A stretch of DNA of 64,000 nt from the human T2T-CHM13v2.0 reference genome, Homo sapiens. A model generated the notes under the pieces. The model was not told the DNA's origin, ran no database searches, and saw nothing but the letters and a program-made list of their open reading frames with translations. The position numbers were made by a program, and so were the translations under genes. The DNA is taken from NCBI RefSeq assembly GCF_009914755.1, contig NC_060929.1; one strand, 5' to 3'. Position 1 is the stretch's first letter, and the number at the start of each line of letters is the position of its first letter. Shown here piece after piece: positions 1-12,129 of the stretch.

Positions 1-134
1 CATTTTACTCTACATTCTCCCTTTGTTGCATTTATCAAGACTGTCATGAAATATTTACTTATGCAATTATATTTTAATGATTGTGTTTTTGCTAAAAAAT
101 GTATATTCCAAAGGCTGAGGATCAAATATATTTT

Positions 135-200
135 GTTTTCTACCCATCACAGTGCCTAACACATTAGGCACTCGATGCCTCATATGAATGAATGAATGAG
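135..200 (+). mobile_element. L2 LINE 3'-end relic
   Basis: 'cacagtgcctaacacattaggcactc...tgaatgaatgaatga' resembles the L2 3' terminus with its (TGAA)n end. Confidence 0.55.
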
Positions 201-596
201 TCAAGCATAGTGGATACTGGGGGAAGAAAGATAAATAAACCCTTATATAACTCTTGGAGAACACACAATATAACAAAGAAGAGCAGGTACTCATACAACA
301 GTTAAGTTTTAGGGCTAGCTTTTCTAGAAATGTTTTAAAATAAAGACTATTCACTTAGGAGAGGATTTATAGCATTCCTGACTTGTGAAGATCACTTTGT
401 CCCACAACATATAATTCAAGCTACTTACTATAAGCCTGAATGGTTGCACTACAAGATCTACTTGCAGATTTTAAAGAATTATGAATTGAATGCCTTTGAT
501 AGAGTAAATGCATTTGAAGCACAGTACCCTTAAAATGAATTACAATCTGAGATGGTACTCTAGGAAGAATGGAGAGATTCAAAATGCCCTTTGTTC

Positions 597-1700
597 TTTG
601 ATGTTTTTTCTTTATCCATATGTAATTATTCTAGTCTTTTGTCTTTAGAATTATTGTTCTATGCTTCACATTTCAGGTTGTTTATTACCAGCAGTTACGT
701 GGATTTACTATTTTATGAAGCCAAAGAGATGGCAATTAACAGGTTTAGAACACTGGTGATTTTATTTTTAGATGCATTTTCCTAATATTAATCACTATAT
801 GTAAATCATCACATTATTCAGTTGTAGTGGTTTTAATTGTGCTAGATGAAAGAAACAATGATAATTAAGAAATGCATATGTATATGTGAAAAAATATAAA
901 TAGCAAATTGTAATAGTTGTCTTTAGTGAAGGCTTAAGAGGAATTTAACTCAAACAACACTAAGCATTTTAATACAAAGCGAATTAGAAAAATTGATGTC
1001 TTCTCCTGTTTAAAACAAAAATAAGAACCTGAATAAAATGTTATCCATGATTGTAACACGAAATAAAGATTTGCTCAAGGGAGAAAATTATATTGGAGAA
1101 TTTAAGTCCACAAAATACTTGACTGTTGCTACTTAACACAAGAAACTTGCTTGCCTATGGATAAGCATAATAGCATCAGTATCGCTGGTATAGGAAATGA
1201 AGCTTAGTCATCAAACATTCTGCATGTGAACCTTATGTATGGATTTTAGGGTGTCCCACAATAAAGAGATATTTAATTGAAGAATACTCTCTTCTTCCTT
1301 TTTTTCACCTTTTGGTTGAGGAATAAATAAATGTCCCTCTTTTTACTTTTAGTTCAAATTAATACATTTGGTTAACAATGGCTTCTAAAAAGTTAAATTT
1401 ATTTTCTTGTGTAACAATCATTCTGGAGAAAGGCAACATAGGGTGAGTGTAGCTGCTCAAGAAAGTGATGAGAGACCCAGACTTCTTCTTTCTTTATGCT
1501 CTGCCATGGTGTGGCATGTTCTAAAACCTGTTAATTGCCATCTCTTCGGGTTCATAAAATAGTAAATGCGCATAACTGCTGGTTATTTTGTGACAGTTAT
1601 TAATTTTTGTAATATAATAACTTGAAATGTGAAGCATGAAACAGTAATTCTGAAGACAAAAGACTAGAATAATTAAGTATGAATAACGAAAAAAATCAAA
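597..1700. repeat. Diverged inverted repeat (arms about 597-752 and 1517-1700)
   Basis: The reverse complement of 1517-1700 aligns to 597-752, e.g. 'taattattctagtcttttgtctt' and 'aagagatggcaattaacaggttt' occur in both; one ~28 bp indel. Confidence 0.93.
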
Positions 1701-1704
1701 CATG

Positions 1705-2010
1705 CTCCAACAGCATCTCAAGATGGCTGTTGCATTTGAAGGCAAAACATCCACATTTCAGGTAGGAGGAAGTGGGGAGAGAAGAGATTTTTCCCCATTG
1801 AGCCTACATTAGGGAATGAAACCTCTGTCCAGGAATTGTTGTCTCCATCTTATTGACCAGAATCGTATCACAAAGCCACCTCCAACTGCAAGAAAGGCTG
1901 GGAACTTGAGAATTCTATTTTTTAGCCTTATTGGAAAAGATGATAAAAGTTGTTGGGGGGGTGGTTTGGAATGGGTGTTGTCGAGCCAATTTAACAGAAT
2001 CTGCAATAAT
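1705..2010 (-). mobile_element. Ancient ERVL/MaLR-type LTR fragment (LTR33/MLT1-like)
   Basis: 'cttattgaccagaatcgtatcacaaagccacctccaactgcaagaaaggctgggaa' resembles a motif of old ERVL/MaLR LTRs; strand and subfamily uncertain. Confidence 0.5.
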
Positions 2011-2087
2011 ACTACTTAAGAAGTTCCACCTTCCCTTAGAGAGGTCCTCATAACACAGATTCTGAGGAAAGGTAGAGAGAGGATAAC

Positions 2088-2640
2088 TGGTTGGTTATTC
2101 TAGCTGTGTAACAAACCACCCCAAACTTAGTGGTAAAAACAGTAACTTTTCTTATGGTCCTGTATTCTGTTGTCCAGCAATTCAGAAGGGCACAGTGGGC
2201 ACAGCTTGTCTCTCTGCTTCTCTGCTCCACAGTGTCTGGGGCCTCATTTGATACAATAGTGCACATGGCTGAGAGTGACTTTCATCACGGTGGGGCACTG
2301 GAATTATCTGGAGGCTGCTTCACTCACATGTCAGGCTCCTGGGCTGGGATGACTTGAAGGCTGAGCTCCGCTGGAGCTATCAACCAGATACCCACACTTG
2401 GTTTTCTCAGGCTTCTATCAGGGAGGAGGCTGGATTCTGAGAGAAGACACTGGAAGAACAAGTATGCAAACAGATCCAAGCAGAAGCTACATGACTTTTA
2501 TGACTAGCCCTGAAAGTCACATGGTGACTTGTAAAAATAGTTACCAGTCCACCCAGATTCAAGAGGAGGGGACAAAGACCACTTCCTTTCAATGGAGGAT
2601 GCCCAAAGAATTTGCAGCCATTTTTAAAAACTGCCAGTCA
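2088..2640 (-). mobile_element. MaLR LTR (MLT1F/G/H-like)
   Basis: 'gctgtgtaacaaaccaccccaaacttagtgg...ctccacagtgtctggggcctca' matches the reverse-complemented MLT1 3' end. Confidence 0.75.
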
Positions 2641-2667
2641 CAGTGATGGTACTCAATATTGAGCATG

Positions 2668-2817
2668 ATTTTCTTCTCTTCTCTTCTCTTCTTTTCCCTT
2701 CTCCTTCCCTCCCCTCCCCTCCCCTCCCCTCCCCTCCCCTCCCCTCCTCTCCCCTCCCCTCCCCTCTCTTCTCCTCTCCTGTCCTCTCCTCTCCTCTCCC
2801 CTTCTCTTCTTTCTTTT
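2668..2817. repeat. Polypyrimidine (CTCTT)n/(CCCCT)n tract
   Basis: ~150 nt almost purely C/T with repeated CCCCT units. Confidence 0.95.
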
Positions 2818-2870
2818 TGAGTCAGGGTCTCGCTCTGTCACCCTGGCTGGAGTCCAGTGGCCTGATCATG
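2811..2870 (-). mobile_element. Short Alu (J-like) 3'-end fragment
   Basis: 'ttttgagtcagggtctcgctctgtcaccctggctggagtccagtggcctgatcatg'. Confidence 0.8.
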
Positions 2871-2974
2871 TCTTACGTCGAACCCTGGTTGATCATGATC
2901 TTCTAAGAATGGTCTTATTCAACTTTCTTTCCATTTTCCCCATTCCTCAAGCACACTAAGAAAAGGCTGTATTA

Positions 2975-3190
2975 CATGGACACATGGAGGGGAACAACAT
3001 ACACTGGGGACTGTCAGGGGGAGGGGAAGGCATAGCTTCAGGAAGAATAGCTAATGGATGCTGGGCTTAATACCTAGGTGATGGGATGATTTGTGCAGCA
3101 AACCATCATGGCACATGTTTACCTATGTAACAAACCTGCACATCCTGCACATGTACCCCTGAACTTAAAAGTTTGAAGAAAAATAAAAAA
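2975..3190 (+). mobile_element. 5'-truncated L1PA 3' UTR with A-rich tail
   Basis: 'catggacacatggaggggaacaac...atgtaacaaacctgcacatcctgcacatgtacccctgaacttaaaag' is the primate L1 3' end. Confidence 0.93.
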
Positions 3191-3529
3191 GAATGCTTCA
3201 TCCAGGTGAAGTTTTCCAAAAACAACAACAACAACAAAAGAATGCTTTTGGAGTTCCTGGAGCAGGTGGCACGAATTCAATCAACTGATACCCTCCAGTG
3301 TCAAGTCTCACAGAGAGACAACAGTTCTCTACCTCAGTGCAGAAAGAAAGAGTGAGGCCCTCCAGGGCTACCAGTTACAATAATATTATGTTCTTTTTTA
3401 CTACCTTGTACGTGGTGCCAGGGCCATATCCCGCAAATTCAAAATTCAGCTCCTGTAGTACAATCCATATGGGTAATCATAATGGTTGCTGACCTATGTG
3501 ATTCCAGGAGTGGGTCTAAATCTTGAGAC

Positions 3530-4438
<909 letters not shown>

Positions 4439-4989
4439 AAAAAAAGAAAAAAAGACTGTGTTAAATCTATTGACGAAAGCCTCTTTCCAGTGTTTCTAAA
4501 GGAGGAGTAAGCTGTTGATCCACTGGCCGGTAGAGAGCATTCAGAGATGAGGCTGTTCTACCAGGGCCAAGCTTGGTGTTGTCTGCCTAGTGAGCATGAA
4601 CAGGATAGGGCAACAGCCAGAGAATTAACCAATCTCATCTTCACCAAAATGGCTGGGTTTTTCTATGTGCATGTTCAAGTGTAGAGAATTGCTTTTCTAT
4701 TTTCCATGCAGTTTGGAATGTATGACGTGTGTTTGTAACAAGGAAGCCAGATACAAGGTTAGATCATGAAAAGACAGTGAGGTGGAATCCAAGAAGGCTC
4801 CTCTTGATCTGCAGCGAAGAGTGACATGTTGTGATACTCTTCATAGCACAGGAAAAACATCACAGCAACATTTCTGAGTGAATGGGGTCTATGAAGAACA
4901 ATTTCAGGCACTAGATATCATTTCTGATTTTGAGGCTCGTACAGTCCTATTCTTTGCAGGTAAGTGCAGTGGAATGATTTAATCTTATC

Positions 4990-5118
4990 CCTGACATGTA
5001 CTAACTCTGGGACTCTGGGCAAGTTCACATAGCTCACTCTCAGTTTCTTTTTCTCACTTCAGATAATGGGGATAAAAATGCCCATCTTAAACTGCCATTA
5101 TGAGGATTAAATGCATAT
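4990..5118 (+). mobile_element. MIR SINE
   Basis: 'ctgggcaagtt...ctcagtttc...ataatggggataaaaatgcccatc...tgaggattaaatg' matches the MIR core. Confidence 0.75.
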
Positions 5119-5317
5119 TTTCCCTCCCTCTTGCTTCCTGGAATTCCTGTCTTTTTACCTCTGCCCCTAATGATGAACAGTCTGCCGGTGCTGAAGGATG
5201 TCACTTCCTCCTGGAAACCATATGACATGCCATCAAAGACTGGGTCAACTCTCTCTCCTATGTACTTCCAAATAGAGCTCTGTGCTTACCCCTGTCATAA
5301 CTCTTAACATCCAGCAA

Positions 5318-5660
5318 TTCATTTCATGAATTCTAGTAGAAAAATGAGTGTGTTCCAGGCACTGTCCTAGGGTCTGGAAACAAAGCAACGAATAAAATTG
5401 GAGAGGTCTCCACCCTTGTGTTTTGAACTCTCTAGTAGGCAAAAGAGACAATTAATAAGCAAGCAAATAAGATGAATGTAATTCCACAGAGTGATAGGCC
5501 CATAAGGAATTAAAGAACGTGGTAGGAATGAGAGTGACTCTTGAGGAGAGCCTGGTTTTAAAAGGTCGATGAGTCTCAAAATAAATATATTAAAAAGGCC
5601 GATGGGAAAATTCCAGTCAAGGACATGACATTTGAGCTGAAATCTGGATATTGAGAAGTA
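5318..5660 (-). mobile_element. L2 fragment
   Basis: 'gtgtgttccaggcactgtcctaggg...acatttgagctga' resembles the antisense L2 3' region. Confidence 0.6.
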
Positions 5661-5679
5661 GCTACGTATATAATCTAAA

Positions 5680-5895
5680 TACCAGGCACCTTTATAAGCA
5701 CTCCCAGTGTATTAATTCATTTTATCTGCACAACAACATATTGAAGTAAATGCTCTTCTTATTCCTAATTCACAGATGAGACAACAAAGGTCCAAGGGTG
5801 AAGTAACTTGCACAAGATTACAGGGCTAGCAAGTAGCAGAATTTGTATTCAACCCAAATAGGCTGTCTTCAAAGTCCATATTTCCAAGCACTGTG
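5680..5895 (-). mobile_element. MIR SINE
   Basis: 'cacagatgagacaacaaagg...aagtaacttgcacaagattacagggctagcaagtagcaga'. Confidence 0.75.
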
Positions 5896-5979
5896 TTGTA
5901 ACTGCCTCTCAAAAGCATTTGATATTGCATCAACCTTGACTTTTTACTTGTATGTTTCTCCTACTGGACAGTAAATTAG

Positions 5980-6354
<375 letters not shown>

Positions 6355-7785
6355 TTAGTACAATCTTAATAAGTATTTATCAAATTAATTCATGATTTTA
6401 ATGAGCAAATATATATGACATGAAGGATCTCACTTAGTGCTTAGCATCAGATAAGTGATTAACATGTTAATTCTTCCTCCCTCCCTCCCTTCCTAATTCC
6501 CTGAGTTAGATTCATATATCCTGCTGCTGCACTAAAAGTACCTGGAAGATTTATAGAGGAAGGGTGGGGGGCTGTCTTCATAACATATCAAAGAAGAAAT
6601 TAGAAGAAGTTTTTCAGTTTGTTAGCAAAAGATGGAAAAGTAACTTCAGTGAGCTCTGAAGAAAAACATGTGCAAGCAAGGAGCTTGTAAAGTAATAAAT
6701 TTCTGCCCTCCAGCACTAAAATGATGTCCTCTGTGCTTTAAGGAAAAGCAATTTGGAAAATTTCCACACATACACGTTTTGGGGAAAATGTAGGGAGAAA
6801 TATAAAGTTAGTTAAATGTCTTTCATAGGCACTTCAAAGCCATGAACCATTAAATCATTTCCACAGCTTTTTGACTGTTATCAACCCCACCCCCAGAACA
6901 TTGCCAAAATCACCCCTTTAAAGGTTGCAATAAATTTGAAAGCCAAATCAGATTTGGGAATTTTGCACAAAAGAGAACTATATCTTGTACTTTAGATACA
7001 TTTTTTTTTTTTAATATCAGCACAGAGCTACATCCTGCCAAAGATGAACTTGGAAGCAGTGACCTTTGCGGATGACTTCTCTTTGTTAGATTTTTGCCCT
7101 ACAGGATTTTAGAAGCCTGGTCACAAGAACATTTGAGGATACCAGGTGGTTTTGAAATGCATGGTTGAGCTGGATGACTTATCTTGGCCTGAATGTAAAT
7201 TTGGAAAAGGAGTTCTGTCATGAAGAAAGCGAATATTTGTACAAGAAGCATCAGCCGCAGTGTTCTCAAAAGTAACTGTAACCTTCCCGCTGCTGCTGCT
7301 GAGTTTGATGGAGAAAGATGGTGAGCTTAAGAAGAAAGCAAGAGATCATTCTCTGCATTTTTTTTACCCAGTGCTGTGTTGAATTTCTTTCTAGTTACAA
7401 TTGTAAAGTGTCACAAACAAAAGTCATTTAGCCTATGCAACTTCTGCCATTAAGGTGTTGTCTCTAGAAAATGAACTACAATGTTAGCAGATGCTCCAGC
7501 AATGTTAGGGAGAGACCTCCCTGCTAAATGAATTACTAAGATGGGCACACTTATAAGAAAAAGGTAACATTTTATGCACTTAAACACCTAGCATTCACAT
7601 AAAGGATTGAGGAACAGCATGTATTTAGTCTGTATTGTGAACCCAGTTTATAACTCCAAAGCTAGAGAACTGAGCCTGCTCAGTAATAAAGGAGCACAAA
7701 GGGAGTAAAGAAACAGCAAGGAAGCAACATTTACTGCAGCCCAACTCTCCTGACAGTGAGTGTGGCAGAAAGATGAGAGCAACCA

Positions 7786-7825
7786 AGCAACCAAGATACA
7801 AGCAACCAAGATACAAGCAACCAAG
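7786..7825. repeat. 15-bp tandem repeat (agcaaccaagataca), about 2.7 copies
   Basis: Read directly from the sequence. Confidence 0.9.
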
Positions 7826-8222
7826 TTAGCAAAGCGGAGGTTGGGCAGCTGGAAGCATGGAGTACAAATAAATGCTATTAATTCATTAGTGGACTGCAGT
7901 TACACATGGTGGCTCCAGCTTACAATTCTGGCCTCAACAACTTAAAGACTGATTTCCTCAACGACCAGCCTGCTGTTCTTGAAAGGAGAAAGAAATAGGA
8001 TTTCTTAGGTTATTATGCTACTATGTCACACTAAGAGTGTGACAAAGGAAGTAAATTTCTACAAACATTAAATGCAGCTACTGGTTCGAAGGTCATGTTT
8101 AAGTGTGATCACTTGACAGGATCTGGCAATGCATCAGTTTTGTTATCTTTACCCACCCCTTACGTTAGAAAATACACCATCAACAATGGATAGCATTGAC
8201 AGCTTTCATAAATGTAGGCTGA

Positions 8223-8238
8223 ACAGCAGGTGGCAGCA
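8223..8238 (+). promoter_or_regulatory. Candidate CTCF motif
   Basis: 'acagcaggtggcagca' is close to the CTCF core CCAGCAGGTGGCAG; motif match only. Confidence 0.4.
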
Positions 8239-9639
8239 AAGGATACTATAAGAAACACTTCCACTGGAATATCTGAGAAAATTCTAGAAAACTCATTTTC
8301 GTAGGATGCAGGTAGAGAAGGCCCTCAAAGATGATTGCTCTCTTACCTCTGGCTAAAGCACGTGATAGAAAAAGAAAGCTATTGGGAAGGTTGATCATGA
8401 TAACTAAGTTTAAATGCTTTTCTGTCATTTTAATCACCTTTCCACTAAATGAAAGGATTGAAAAAGCTTACCAAAAGTTCAAGTATCCCACAGCAAAGCC
8501 CAGCTAATCCTCTTACAAAATGGACATGCATGCTGAAAAGAGATTTTTATAATAAGAAATGACATGCAATATTTATTATAAAATTATCATTCAGTCCAGT
8601 ATGGAAATATGCCAGTTGGACGTTATCTGTCTCTTGGCTCAGAAGAAATATTAATGGAAGAATATTAACATCCTTCAAAGAAAGAAGGATATATGTAAAG
8701 AAAACATTAAAGGCTCATTCATCATGAATGGCTCTTTGAGAATGAGACAATAGCATGGGACAAATGAGACAGGACAGAGCATCTGGATCTTTTGATAAAA
8801 AATACCCAAAATAAGAAGGATGAAAATACTATAAGGAAAAGGATGTGTCTTAATTTGTTGGAGGGGTAAGTTTCTTGGAAAAGGGGAAATGTGACTACCT
8901 GTGAGTAATTATAATCCAGGGGAATCTACCTATATGCAGATAACAGAGATAATTCAACATTAAGACCAGCTTCTAGGTTTCTGAGAAAACCAAAGCAATG
9001 ATCTTAGTAAATCAGGTTTTGAAAAAGACTGCAACTTACTTCTGTACATCTTGGCTGTGATATTATCTGTTTTACTTGATGCCCACCTAGATCAGTGAGT
9101 AATTAGATGGAGTTGAATATTCCTCCAACGTAGTCAAAATAACTAACTGATAGAAAGAAACACACATGGCAGAATAACTTTAGATTCTGGAATTATAACC
9201 ACTGGTCTCCAAATGCCATTTCAGCCCTAGGATAACAATCTTTGCTGTGGTTTAAGTTATGAAATTCCTGACTCCCAGTTTCCTGACTGCAAAGTGGGCG
9301 TGGATGACTACTCCTAGCACCAAGCCATGTGAGGATTAAGTAGGACACTGTATCGAAATGCTTGCCCCATATAAATTGCTTCTTAATACATTTTATTTTC
9401 TTTCTCTCTTCAAGAACATTCCCAAAGGCATTGACACATTTTGAGAAATGTCTCCAAAACATCCTCACTAACATCTGCAAGTGTCAGAAATTCCTAATCG
9501 TAAAGTTCTATCTTTAGATGGAGACAAAATGCCTAGGAAGATTAACTCAGTCTGACCAAGGACCGATGCTAAACAATAGCACATAGCAGATGATGTAAAC
9601 ATGGCGATGGGCACAGTTCTCCATTCTAATCACAAATAA

Positions 9640-10068
<429 letters not shown>

Positions 10069-10991
10069 TAATGGTGGTTAGATTGGTTGCATAGTGAAAA
10101 TCTGGCTGCCCAGGTTCAGGTCTGTGGCAGGAGGTGGAGTTCTCATAGCAGGTGTCATGAAGTGGTCAGTTACCCCAACCTGTGTGTGCTACCACCACTA
10201 CTATTGCTGTACACATGCCTGTACACACTCAAGCACATTCTCTTCTTTATGTCACATTATCATGTAAACTACCATAAAATGAAAGCAAATTATTTATGAA
10301 CTCTTATTGTTTTGCTTAAACATCACAGATACATTTTTTTTAAGTAATCATAAAACAACATTTTTGGAACCAAGTTGCCAAGAATACTGTGAAAATCTCA
10401 AATACCAGCAAGACTTCAAAGCAAGTCCCTTAATCAAACTAGTGCTTATTTACTAGGAAAAAATGCAAAAGGCTGGGACGCATAGCCCAGATAAGCCAGT
10501 TCTGAAGTTGCTGTCATAAATGAGGTATGGGATGTGAACAGCTTCAGTGCTTGTGTCTTTGAAATGTTCATTCTCTCTGTAACCTTAAAAATAATTACCG
10601 CTTATGATTAAAAACTGTATTTTTCATATGATTGATACTTTATTTTACTAAAAGATATTAATATGAGTGTTGATGTAACCATCGAGCATCTAAGTGCTAT
10701 ATTGTGTTGTGATTCTTGATGAGAATTAACAAAGTGAAAACATCATGTTCTGTTGCTGTTTACAATTTTTTTCTGTTTCCTTTGAGATACTTCACCTTTA
10801 ATTGGTGCCTTCCCAAAACACATTTTTCTGCTGATACCAATAATCACAGCCTCCTCTGCTAAAGTGTCTCGGTGATGCACATCTGGTTCTTGAGAACTGA
10901 AACCCAGAAAGGGTCTCAAATATTTCATGCTGAAGCCCCTCAAAGGGCAGTTAATCACAAGTATCTGCTCACCACTTAGCTGGAGTGGTAA

Positions 10992-11138
10992 AGCAGATGA
11001 TGTAAAGATGGTGATGGGCACAGTTCTCCATTCTAACCACAAATAAGGCCTACCTTTATTTGAATTCCAATTTCATATTCCTTTTTTTTTTTTTTTGAGA
11101 TGGAATTCAGCTCTTTTGCCCAGGCTGGAGTGCAGTGG
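10992..11138 (+). repeat. Direct duplicate of 9585-9775 (unique ~90 bp, T-tract and ~40 bp of Alu end)
   Basis: 'agcagatgatgtaaa.atgg.gatgggcacagttctccattctaa.cacaaataagg...tttgaattccaatttcatatt' occurs at both sites. Confidence 0.95.
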
Positions 11139-11514
11139 AAGAAAAATTCAGCGTTTTCTTCCCTTTTAAATATCAATTCATTTGCGGAGACAGTAGCAAA
11201 ACTATCAAAAATACTATGCCTGAATTGCAGGACTGGTTGGATGAATGGAGCAGTAATGATAGGTTGCTTAATTTTATTTTAGTGTAAGTTTGTGCTATAT
11301 TTCTCTAATGTTTATATGATTTTTTTTGGTACCAGACAAAAAATTCTGGATATGCCTTGACTATAGAAAAGGCCACATTTCAAAAATCTGGATTTATAAT
11401 AATAATTCCTCTTTGAAAGGATGAATATAACATATAAAGCCTATATCTGCAAACTTTTTAGTAACATGTGTTTTCTCTAGTGCTTTAGGTTTACACATTC
11501 ACTAAATCTAGAAG

Positions 11515-11660
11515 GTAACTTAAAATTATCCAATGGGATCACTTCATTTGTGGAAGAGGAAATTGAGGCACAGCTTGATTAAAAGAATTGTCCAAAGTGA
11601 GTCAACCAACAACTTACTGCAATAAGAATCTGGTGTCCACCTTAGAGTGGTGGACTGCTA
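11515..11660 (-). mobile_element. MIR fragment
   Basis: 'gaggaaattgaggcacag...aattgtccaaagt'. Confidence 0.55.
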
Positions 11661-12070
11661 TTACTTGCCCTCCTCACAATTATAATTTTATATTAATTCT
11701 ATTTTTATCATTATTGATAACACTACATATATTTTACCCCAAGGAAAGAAGGAAGGAAACAAGAACCTAGTCTTAAAAATCTTAAAATTTCAAATACTGA
11801 AACTCAAATCACTTTTCCAATAACCTGAAAAAAAATATCTTTCAAATAATATCTCCCAAGTAGCCCAGGAAATAATGGTGGGCCTGTGGTTTTCTAGGTA
11901 AAATAAGTAAATATCAAATGATATATAAAAGTTAAATATTAAGCCAGTTAACTTTTTCACTTGCACTCTAACCAGGAAATTCTCAAATATTGGTTCTCTA
12001 CAGTGATAGCATATTATATTATCTGGGAAAAGAAAAAATTGCCTAAGAATATCAGAATCCCTGAAGGTGG

Positions 12071-12072
<2 letters not shown>

Positions 12073-12106
<34 letters not shown>
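12073..12106. repeat. (GT)17 microsatellite
   Basis: Read directly from the sequence. Confidence 0.97.
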
Positions 12107-12108
<2 letters not shown>

Positions 12109-12129
12109 ACTATTTCGGTTAGAATACTA

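Noticed and set aside
2643-2906. Pro/Ser-rich ORF and its Arg/Gly/Glu-rich antisense ORF
   Set aside because: Artefact of the (CCCCT)n tract.
7760-7945. Peptide repeat QATKI x3 and possible CRISPR-like array
   Set aside because: A simple 15-bp tandem repeat with no spacers in eukaryotic DNA.
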